Source: Vicinamibacterales bacterium (GTDB lineage Bacteria > Acidobacteriota > Vicinamibacteria > Vicinamibacterales > UBA8438). Taken from it: DNA of 64,000 bases. The notes under the pieces are model-generated. The model saw only the letters and a list, made by a program, of their open reading frames with translations. It did not search any database and was not told the origin of the DNA. Location of the stretch: NCBI GenBank assembly GCA_937766455.1, contig CALLXD010000024.1, forward strand, positions 19,519-83,518, read 5' to 3'. The position numbers were made by a program, and so were the translations under genes. How positions within the stretch are numbered: the first letter of the stretch is position 1; the number at the start of each line of letters is the position of its first letter. This document shows positions 38,567 to 46,741 of this stretch, in pieces.

Positions 38567-39685
38567 ATGAAGCGCCGCGACTTGTTGAAATCAGCCGTTG
38601 CCGCCGGGGCTGGTGTCATGGCCGGTGGGTCTACCGAGTATAGGGCGACCGCCGCGGCCGCCCAGGTTACAGGGGCGGACAATGACTTCGAGACGTTCGA
38701 GTTGGGGGACTTCACCCTGTTGTCTGGTGAGGTGCTGCGCTCGGCCACGCTGGCCTACAAGACGCATGGCACGCTCAACCCTGCCAAAGACAACGTCATC
38801 GTCTATCCCACGTGGTATGCCGGCCGGCACACGAGCAATGAGGGTTCCATCGGTCAAGACCTCGCTCTCGATCCCACCCGATATTTCATTGTGGTCCCGG
38901 ACCAATTCGGGAACGGGTTATCCTCCTCGCCGAGCAACACCCCGCCCCCGCAAGATCGCATGCGGTTTCCGGTCGTGCATCCTTACGACAACGTCCGAGC
39001 GCAGCACAGACTGCTGACGGAGCGCTACGACATCGAGCGGGTCAAGCTGGTGGTCGGTTTCTCCATGAGTGGCCAGCAGGCGTTTCACTGGGGGGCGCTG
39101 TACCCGGAGATGGTTGAGCGCATTGCGCCGATCTGCGGAAGCGCCCGGACCGCAGTGCACAACTACGTCTTCCTGGAAGGCGTCAAGGCGGCCCTCACGG
39201 CCGACTGCGCCTGGGCGAATGGCGAGTATGCGAGTCCGCCGCTGGCTGGCCTGCGAGCGTTCTCGCGCGTCTATGCCGGGTGGTACGCCTCACAGAGCTT
39301 TTTTCGCGAGGGCCTGCATCGTGCGTACGGGGACGACGGGGTCGAGAGCATGCTCGTGTCGGCCGAGCGCTCGTTTGGCCGGTTCGACGCCAACGATCTG
39401 TTGGCGATGCTGGCCACCTGGCAAGCCGCCGACATCGCGGCTCATCCCCGATTCGGCGGCGACCTTCGCGCTGCCCTCGGTGCGATTCGGGCGCAGGCCT
39501 ATGTCATGCCCTCGCGCACGGATCTCTACTTCCCGCCCGAGGACAATGAGGTCGAGGTCGCGCAGATGCCGAATGCCGATCTGCGGGTCATTCCGAGCAT
39601 CTGGGGGCATCTGGCCGGCGGCGGCGGTAACCCAGCGGACCGGGCCTGGATCAGCGAACAGCTCGCGGAGCTCCTGGAGAGCTGA
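38567..39685 (+). CDS. Alpha/beta hydrolase (homoserine O-acetyltransferase/MetX-like fold) with TAT signal
   Basis: Twin-arginine leader MKRRDLLKSAVAAGAG. Nucleophile elbow VVGFSMSGQQAFHW. Contains YFIVVPDQFGNGLSSSP. Confidence 0.7.
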   Translation: MKRRDLLKSAVAAGAGVMAGGSTEYRATAAAAQVTGADNDFETFELGDFTLLSGEVLRSATLAYKTHGTLNPAKDNVIVYPTWYAGRHTSNEGSIGQDLALDPTRYFIVVPDQFGNGLSSSPSNTPPPQDRMRFPVVHPYDNVRAQHRLLTERYDIERVKLVVGFSMSGQQAFHWGALYPEMVERIAPICGSARTAVHNYVFLEGVKAALTADCAWANGEYASPPLAGLRAFSRVYAGWYASQSFFREGLHRAYGDDGVESMLVSAERSFGRFDANDLLAMLATWQAADIAAHPRFGGDLRAALGAIRAQAYVMPSRTDLYFPPEDNEVEVAQMPNADLRVIPSIWGHLAGGGGNPADRAWISEQLAELLES

Positions 39686-39724
39686 GCGTCGCCGGACCCG
39701 TGTGACGGGCGGAGCTGCGACGGT

Positions 39725-40906
39725 TCACCCCACCCGTGTTCCGCCCAGCACCGTCTCGCTGGGGAACAGTCGCTGGCGTCCTGTTCGAGGATTTCCGTAG
39801 TTGTCGAAGAACTCAAACGTGCCCTCGCGCAGTTCGAGCACGGCGACGTCGGCCGCGGCGCCCACGTTGAGCGTGCCCCGGTCGTGAAACACAGGGAAGA
39901 TGCGTGACGGATTGATCGTGGCGCGCGCGATCACCTCCACCAACGTCATGCCGAAAGTTCAGAAACTTCGACAGCACGTTGGGGAAGTCGATGACGCTCT
40001 CGGCGGCCGGGCTCGGTCGTGCTGCCGTCCGTCGAGACGCTGTCCGGCCAGAAGCCCGACTGAATGATGCGGTCGAACGTGTCCCACCGGAGATGGTCGA
40101 CCCGGCCGTTGGCGACGTCGAACCAGACGCCGCGCCGGCGCGCCGCGAGCACCTCCGGAAGGACCTGCCCGGCGTCATCGACAATGCTGTTGGGCGGCGG
40201 GGCCAGCATGTGGGTGACGATGTCTCCTGGCTTCAACTGGGCCAGCAGACTGGGTAGCGGCGAGGTCGTTTGGCCCATGTGGATCATCACCGGCAGGTTG
40301 AAACCGGTGGCCACCTCTTGGGCGCGACGCAAGACCTCGCCGTCGTCGGCGGCGACGCCTCTCGTCAACCGCGCCTTGACCCCCACGACGACATCACGGT
40401 GCCGCGCGACGGCGGCCGTTGCCGCGTCAACATCCGCAAGACGCAGGTCCATCGTGTCGCCATCGGGCAGGATGCCGCTGCGCCCGATGTTGATCAGGAG
40501 GCGGCCCGGCTGTGGCGACGCACGCACCACGGCGGCCATCTGGTCGAGTTGATCGGCTCCCGCCGAGCCGGCGTCGATCCATCCGGTGACACCACCGGAC
40601 AGCCCCAGGGCTGGGCCTGCCGACTCGCGAGCATAGTGCGTATGGATGTCGAGCAGCCCGGGGACGACGAGTTTCCCCGTCGCGTTGATGCACGTCCGCG
40701 GAACCAACCGCGATGTCGGTGCTGACCTCGGCAATGCGCCCACCCGCGATCGCCACGTCGCGGACAGCATTGAGCCGCAGCGAGGGATCGATGACCCGTC
40801 CCCCTCTGACAATCAGGTCATAGTCGGCGGCGAACGCGGCCGCTGCCCGAGAAAAGGTCAGCGCGCTCGCGGCGGCTGCATGCACGAACTGTCGCCGATT
40901 CATCAT
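39725..40906 (-). pseudogene. Amidohydrolase/deacetylase-family metallohydrolase with TAT signal, three frame interruptions (~40688-40693, ~40001-40010, ~39950-39953)
   Basis: Four collinear pieces: MMNRRQFVHAAAASAL...DLIVRGGRVIDP...IAGGRIAEVS; INATGKLVVPGLLDIHTHY...VMIHMG...; AAESVIDFPNVLSKFLNF; and GMTLVEVIARATINPSRIF...GAAADVAVLE. A single-base removal at each junction restores continuity. Confidence 0.75.
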
Positions 40907-41159
40907 CGTGTGTCGCCTCCTGGCCAGCGGTTGGGGAAATGCTGCGCGCAGTCGCCCCACATGTCAACACAGGGCCGCGGCTGCGGTGGCGCGGCGATGG
41001 CTTTCAGGGAATATGTGCGGCGGCGCGAGGCGGAGAGTCGGGCATAGGCGCAACGTGGCGCGATCCGCTTCCCGGTGCGACTGGTCCCAGAGCACGCGCG
41101 CGTGTGCTTTGGGGAGATAGCTGCATGATGCGGCGAACCCGCTGCTAGGGGAGCTCCAG

Positions 41160-42401
41160 ATGAATCGACTAATCACCGGGCTTGTCACTGTCGCGTTGGT
41201 CGGAATTCTGCCGTCGTCCGCGAGAGCGGGCCAGCCCGATGAACCGTTCGCGGCCGGCGGGATCGATGCGGTTCGGCTGCCGGACCCACCGATGGTGTAT
41301 GGCACCGCCGAGGGGCAGGGCATCCGGGTGAGCGTCATGACGGCTGGCCTGACCTACCCGTGGGGCTTTGCGTTTCTGCCAGACGGCAGCGTGTTGGTCA
41401 CGGAGCGCCTGGGCGCGCTGCGCGTGATTCGAAATGACGTGCTCGACCCGACACCGCTCTCCGGCGTGCCAGGGGTGTATACCGGCACCGCGCTGGCGGG
41501 TTTGATGGATGTCGCGGTGCATCCCGCGTTTTCTGACAACCGGTGGGTATACGTAACCTATTCGAAGCCCACTGAGACAGGCTCGACCGTGGCGCTGGCC
41601 AGGGGACGCCTGGAGGGGCACGGATTGTCCGAGGTGCGGGATCTCTTCGTGAGCAACGGCGATGGCTCGTCGGCAGGCGCGTCACGGCTGCTTTTTGCCC
41701 CCGACGGTACCCTCTTCATGACGCTGGGGGGTGCGTTCGGTGGGCGACGGCCGAGCGCCCAGGACCCAGGTAGCCATGTCGGGAAGATTCTCCGGCTGCG
41801 CGATGATGGCACCGCGCCAGAGGACAATCCGTTTGTCGGCCAGGCCGGGCGACGGTCCGAGGTGTTCTCGCTGGGACACCGGAATCCGATGGGGATCGCG
41901 CTGCATCCGGACACTGGCGAACTCTGGGCCAGCGAGCATGCTCCGCAGGGCGGCGACGAGGTCAATATCATCCACGCCGGCCAGAATTATGGGTGGCCCG
42001 ATGTGTCGTACTCCCGCGAATACACCGGCCCGCGTGTCGCAGACCGCCCATGGCGTGAAGAGTTCGAGCAGCCGGAGGTCGTCTGGATTCCGTCCATCGG
42101 ACCGTCAGGCCTGCTGTTCTACACCGGTGACCGTTTTCCTGCGTGGCAGGGCGATCTCTTCGTGGGCTCATTGATGACCGGGCGGGTCGAGCGTACGGGG
42201 CATCTGGAGCGCATCAAATTCAATCGCCGAGGTCTTGAACAGCGTCGCGAGTGGCTGCTCGCTGATCTCCGTCGGCGCATTCGGGACGTGCAACAGGGGC
42301 CAGACGGATTGATTTATGTGCTCACAGCGGGGAGCTTTCTCGGCATGGACCCGGCACGCGGCGACGCCGCGCTCTTGCGGATCGCGCCGGTGGGGCCGTG
42401 A
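41160..42401 (+). CDS. PQQ-dependent sugar dehydrogenase (soluble glucose/sorbosone dehydrogenase, six-bladed type)
   Basis: 413-aa ORF with signal peptide. Contains PWGFAFLPDGSVLVTER, GLMDVAVHPAF, GKILRLRDDGTAP.DNPF, SLGHRNPMGIALHP.TGELW.SEHAPQGGDEVNII..GQNYGWP and PSGL.FY.G. Confidence 0.85.
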   Translation: MNRLITGLVTVALVGILPSSARAGQPDEPFAAGGIDAVRLPDPPMVYGTAEGQGIRVSVMTAGLTYPWGFAFLPDGSVLVTERLGALRVIRNDVLDPTPLSGVPGVYTGTALAGLMDVAVHPAFSDNRWVYVTYSKPTETGSTVALARGRLEGHGLSEVRDLFVSNGDGSSAGASRLLFAPDGTLFMTLGGAFGGRRPSAQDPGSHVGKILRLRDDGTAPEDNPFVGQAGRRSEVFSLGHRNPMGIALHPDTGELWASEHAPQGGDEVNIIHAGQNYGWPDVSYSREYTGPRVADRPWREEFEQPEVVWIPSIGPSGLLFYTGDRFPAWQGDLFVGSLMTGRVERTGHLERIKFNRRGLEQRREWLLADLRRRIRDVQQGPDGLIYVLTAGSFLGMDPARGDAALLRIAPVGP

Positions 42402-42483
42402 GCACCGTTGGGCGGCGGTTGTGCACACCCAGATCTTCCCTGTCTTGACATGGCTCGGCATCTCACACACAGTGCGGACCACT

Positions 42484-44556
42484 ATGGATACATTTGCACG
42501 CAGATGCGTTGCCACCTTGGCTCTCGGCGCCGTAGCGCTTACGGGAAGCCTCCGGGCGCAAGCGCCTGAGCAGGCTGGCGATTATTCGTCCGGCGACTGG
42601 TCGTTTGCTGGGGGGGACCAGGGGAGCTCCCGCTATTCGACGCTGGCCCAGATTTCGACCGACACCATCGACCGGCTCGGGGGAGCCTGGGTCACACGCC
42701 TGGATGGGGGCGGATCATCACGGTCGACCCCAGTCGTCAAAGACGGCGTCATGTTCCTGACGGCAGGGCCCAGTGTGCATGCGGTCAGCGGAGCGACGGG
42801 TGAGGCCATCTGGCGCTGGCAATCCGACAATCCTGAGGCGCGGATGGTGCCGTCCTGGCAAGGGCTCGGTCTGGGTGGAGGCCTGGTATTCGTCGGGTTA
42901 GCGAGCGCTCAGGTCGCCGCGCTGAGCCAGGAGACGGGCGAACTGGTCTGGGCCTCAGCGGCAGGGAGTGTGCCACCTCAGGACGGTGAAACGGTCACGA
43001 CCGCGCCCGTGTACGCACGCGGGCAGGTGTTCGTGGGCGTGGCCAACGGCGACTCCGGTGGGCAGGGGCGCGTGGTCGCCCTCGATGCGGCGACGGGTGA
43101 GATCGACTGGGCGTTCTTCGTCGTGCCTCGACCTGGCGAATTTGGCCATGAGACATGGCCGCAGGGGTCGGACATCTGGGAGGTCGGTGGTGGCGGTGTG
43201 TGGCTCAATGGCAGCGTCGACCCAGAGCTGGGGTTGGTGTATTTCTCGACCGGCAACCCAGCGCCGATGTTCGGCGGTGAGCTGCGCGAGGGGGACAACC
43301 TGTTTACCGCGGCGGTCATCGCACTCGATATGGAGACCGGCGAGCGACGATGGCACTTCCAGGTCGTGCGCCACGATATCTGGGATGCGGACATCGCGAC
43401 ACCCATGTTGCAGTACGAGGTGGAGATGGGCGGCCAGACGCGCAAGGCGCTCGCCGCCATGCGGGCCGACGGCTTGCTCTTTCTCTTCGACCGAGAGACC
43501 GGTGAGCCCCTGATCCCGATCGAGCAGCGGCCGGTGCCGCAAGATGCTGGTCTGCTCACCGCCGACACGCAGCCGTTCCCAGTCGGAGCCGAGAGCATCA
43601 TTCCGGACTGTTCCTATTGGCGAGATCGTGTGCCCCCGCCGTTCGAGCTCAGTTGCAGCGCGTTCACGCCCCCCTCTGTCGATCAGGAGACCGTCGTCGC
43701 GCTCAGCTCTCCGATTCCGATGGTGCGGGTCACGCCGATGGCCTTCAGTCCGCAGACCGGGTACATCTATGCGCAGGGCCGAGGGCATGTCGGACGGGCC
43801 AAACGATTTGCCGATCCATGGATCTCGGACAATCGCCCAGGCGGCTATCTGCGCCTCGGGCTCCCAGAGTCGACCGGTGTACTGGCCGCCGTGGACCCGA
43901 CGACCAATACGGTCGCCTGGAAGCAAGATTTACCGGGTGGGCGATTGGGCACCAGTGGCCCGTTGGCGACGGCGGGTGGACTGGTGTTCTGGGGCGCGGC
44001 GGATGGCCAGCTTGACGCCTACGACGCCCAGACCGGCGAGCGCGTGTGGGCGTTTCAGGCCACCCCGGCCGGGACGCGGCTGCGGCCAGGGCCGACCGCG
44101 ACCTACGCCATCGACGGAAAGCAGTTCGTCACGATTCCGATGGGCAGCGAAATCTGGGCGTTTGCGCTGGACGGCACCGTGCCCCCGCGCGACGAACCGT
44201 TGGATGAGCCGTTGGCGGACCTGGTTCGCTGGACCGGACCGCCGCCTCGGGAGACCAACGAGGTGGAGACCTCCACCTTGCGCGAGAACCCCTCGTGGTC
44301 GCTTGGCGGCAGCCGGGGCGCGCTGGACGAGCACGCGTTCAACCCGCAGCGGGCCCAGATCACGGTCGGCGCACGTCTGCGCATTGTCAACAATGGCGAG
44401 CTCGGCCACACCGTGGTGGCGCAGGACGACAGTTGGACAACGGGCCTCATCGAGCCCGGGTTGTTCGGGACTGTGACCTTCGACCAACCCGGTACGTTCC
44501 TGTTCCATTGCGATGAGCATCCCTGGGCCCTGGGTGAGATCACCGTTGTTCCGTGA
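42484..44556 (+). CDS. PQQ beta-propeller dehydrogenase (glucose/quinate-like WDAD type) fused to a C-terminal cupredoxin domain (copy 1)
   Basis: Signal peptide present. Contains DWSFAGGDQGSSRYSTLAQIS, TPVVKDGVMFLT, YFSTGNPAPMFGG and VRHDIWDADIATP. Pro-rich linker. C-terminal FNPQRAQITVGARLRIVNNGELGHTVV...GTFLFHCDEHPWALGEITVVP. Confidence 0.85.
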   Translation: MDTFARRCVATLALGAVALTGSLRAQAPEQAGDYSSGDWSFAGGDQGSSRYSTLAQISTDTIDRLGGAWVTRLDGGGSSRSTPVVKDGVMFLTAGPSVHAVSGATGEAIWRWQSDNPEARMVPSWQGLGLGGGLVFVGLASAQVAALSQETGELVWASAAGSVPPQDGETVTTAPVYARGQVFVGVANGDSGGQGRVVALDAATGEIDWAFFVVPRPGEFGHETWPQGSDIWEVGGGGVWLNGSVDPELGLVYFSTGNPAPMFGGELREGDNLFTAAVIALDMETGERRWHFQVVRHDIWDADIATPMLQYEVEMGGQTRKALAAMRADGLLFLFDRETGEPLIPIEQRPVPQDAGLLTADTQPFPVGAESIIPDCSYWRDRVPPPFELSCSAFTPPSVDQETVVALSSPIPMVRVTPMAFSPQTGYIYAQGRGHVGRAKRFADPWISDNRPGGYLRLGLPESTGVLAAVDPTTNTVAWKQDLPGGRLGTSGPLATAGGLVFWGAADGQLDAYDAQTGERVWAFQATPAGTRLRPGPTATYAIDGKQFVTIPMGSEIWAFALDGTVPPRDEPLDEPLADLVRWTGPPPRETNEVETSTLRENPSWSLGGSRGALDEHAFNPQRAQITVGARLRIVNNGELGHTVVAQDDSWTTGLIEPGLFGTVTFDQPGTFLFHCDEHPWALGEITVVP

Positions 44557-44577
44557 GATGACGTTCCGTGAGATGAC
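44548..44577. repeat. Perfect 15-bp tandem duplication (GTTCCGTGAGATGAC x2) at the junction of the two PQQ-cupredoxin genes
   Basis: Read directly from the sequence: 44548-44562 equals 44563-44577. Copy 1 contains the last two codons and the TGA stop of the upstream gene. Confidence 0.9.
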
Positions 44578-44580
44578 ATC

Positions 44581-46677
44581 ATGACCGGCTATCTCGGCAG
44601 GTTGCTCGCCGCGGGCGTCGTGGGAACCCTGGCCCTGACCCCGAGCGTGCTCGCGCAGCCGCCAGAAAGCGGTCGTGGCTACCCGGCACAAGATTGGCCC
44701 CTCGTCGGTGGGGACTGGTCAGGGTCCCGGTACTCGCAGCTCACCGACATCACAACGGCCACGGTCGACCGGCTCAGCGGCGCCTGGGTGTCGCAGCTCG
44801 ACGGCGGCGCGGCGTCTCGCGCCACGCCGGTGGTGAAAGACGGTGTGTTGTATCTCACCGGTGGGGCCAATGTCTTTGCCATTGACGCCAGGACGGGCGA
44901 CACAATGTGGCGGTGGCAAACGCCCTCGTCCCACGAGCAGCGGGTGCCGTCCTGGCAGGGTGTCGCACTGGGCGGTGACCTGGTGTTCGTCGGGTTGCGG
45001 ACCTCTGAAGTTGCGGCGCTCCGCCAGGATACCGGCGAGCTTGTGTGGGTGCAGCCGGTAGGGAGCGTGCCACAAGCGTTCGGAGAGGCCGTGACGACCG
45101 CACCCATGTACGCGCAAGGACGGATCTTTGTCGGCGTGGCCAACGGCGATAGCGGGGGACAGGGGCGCATCGTCGCCCTGGACGCGGCGACCGGCGCGCT
45201 ACTGTGGACCTTCTTTGTCGTGCCGCGTCCGGGCGAGGCCGGACACGAAACCTGGCCGCAGGACTCAGACCACTGGCAACTCGGAGGGGGCGGGGTCTGG
45301 CTGGTGGGTACCGTCGACCCGGACCTGGGCTTGGTCTACTTTTCGACCGGAAATCCCGTGCCGATGTTCGGTGGCGAACTCCGGGCCGGCGATAACCTGT
45401 ACACCGCCTCGGTGCTCGCCCTCGACGTCGAGACCGGTGAGCGTCGGTGGCACTATCAGGTCGTGCGTCACGATGTCTGGGATGCGGATATTGCGACGCC
45501 CGTCCTGCTCTACGACACCCAGGTCGACGGTCAGCCCCGTAAGGCGCTCGCAGCCATTAGAGCCGACGGCCACCTCTTCCTGTTCGATCGCGGGACCGGC
45601 GAGCCGCTCAGTCCTATTGAACAACGGCCCGTTCCCCAAGATGCGAATCAACTGACGGCTGCGACGCAGCCATTTCCGGTGGCGGCCGAAAGCATCCTGC
45701 CGGATTGCTCGTTTTGGCGTGACAAGGTGCCACCGCCATTTCGGCTCAACTGCAGCGGGTTCACGCCGCCGTCGGTGGACCAACATACGATCGTGGCGCC
45801 CGGTGTCCCTATCCCGCGTGTGCGCGTGACGCCGATGTCCTACAGCCCGCAGACCGGCTACATCTATGCGCAAGGGGTGGCCATGGTCGGGCTGGCGAGA
45901 CGCCCTGCCGATCCGTGGCTGTCCAACGCGGGTGGTTTTCACCTGACGCTTCCGGAGCCGGTCGGCATCCTCGCCGCGTTTGATCCGCGGACCGGGCGAG
46001 TGGCGTGGAAGCAAGAGGTGCCCTCGAGTCTCCTCGGGACCAGCGGACCGCTGACGACCGCGGGCGGCTTGATGTTCAGAGGTGTCCCGGACGGGCTCGT
46101 GGAGGCCTACGATGCCCGGACGGGCGTGAAGCGGTGGGCGTTTCAGACTGTCCCCGATAGGGCCGCCGACGCGTCGGGGTCGAGAGTGGTGACCCGCCCC
46201 GGCCCCGCGGTGTCCTACCAGCTGGATGGCACCCAGTTCATCGCGGTACCGATGGGGCGAGAGCTCTGGGCCTTCCGCCTCGACGGACCCGTTGCCGCCC
46301 GTGGTGTGCCGGTCGCGGATCCCTGGGCAGGTCTTCCACCGTCAGGCCCGGCGCCCCGCGCGACGAGAGCCATCGAGACCGCGACCCTCATCGAGAATCC
46401 TTCGTGGTCGATCGGCGGCCGGCGCTACGCGATTCGTGAGCACGACTTCAGTCCGGTGCGGGCGCAGGTCGTCGCCGGCGTGCCGGTGCGCGTCGTCAAT
46501 AACGGCGAGATGGCGCACACGATCGCCGCTCGAGACGCGAGCTGGACCACCAAGACCCTTGAGCCGGCGGGGTGGGAGTTCGTGACCTTCGACGAGCCAG
46601 GCACCTTTCTCTATCATTGCGTCGAACATCCGTGGGCGATTGGCGAGGTCACGGTCGTGGCGGACGACGGGCCGTGA
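44581..46677 (+). CDS. PQQ beta-propeller dehydrogenase fused to a C-terminal cupredoxin domain (copy 2)
   Basis: Paralog of 42484-44556, collinear throughout. Contains DWPLVGGDWSGSRYSQLTDIT, YFSTGNPVPMFGG and VRHDVWDADIATP. C-terminal FSPVRAQVVAGVPVRVVNNGEMAHTIA...GTFLYHCVEHPWAIGEVTVV. Confidence 0.85.
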   Translation: MTGYLGRLLAAGVVGTLALTPSVLAQPPESGRGYPAQDWPLVGGDWSGSRYSQLTDITTATVDRLSGAWVSQLDGGAASRATPVVKDGVLYLTGGANVFAIDARTGDTMWRWQTPSSHEQRVPSWQGVALGGDLVFVGLRTSEVAALRQDTGELVWVQPVGSVPQAFGEAVTTAPMYAQGRIFVGVANGDSGGQGRIVALDAATGALLWTFFVVPRPGEAGHETWPQDSDHWQLGGGGVWLVGTVDPDLGLVYFSTGNPVPMFGGELRAGDNLYTASVLALDVETGERRWHYQVVRHDVWDADIATPVLLYDTQVDGQPRKALAAIRADGHLFLFDRGTGEPLSPIEQRPVPQDANQLTAATQPFPVAAESILPDCSFWRDKVPPPFRLNCSGFTPPSVDQHTIVAPGVPIPRVRVTPMSYSPQTGYIYAQGVAMVGLARRPADPWLSNAGGFHLTLPEPVGILAAFDPRTGRVAWKQEVPSSLLGTSGPLTTAGGLMFRGVPDGLVEAYDARTGVKRWAFQTVPDRAADASGSRVVTRPGPAVSYQLDGTQFIAVPMGRELWAFRLDGPVAARGVPVADPWAGLPPSGPAPRATRAIETATLIENPSWSIGGRRYAIREHDFSPVRAQVVAGVPVRVVNNGEMAHTIAARDASWTTKTLEPAGWEFVTFDEPGTFLYHCVEHPWAIGEVTVVADDGP

Positions 46678-46741
46678 CTGCCCGCCGCCCGTATGGGGCG
46701 CCCGTTGCTGATTCTGCGCGGATGGCACCGCTGTCGGAGGA

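Noticed and set aside
9300-40693. Programmed ribosomal frameshifting as an explanation for the frame breaks
   Set aside because: I saw no shared slippery heptamer or downstream structure at the junctions. The affected families (KorA, M28 peptidase, amidohydrolase, CBS) are not known to use recoding. Single-base insertion is the simpler reading.
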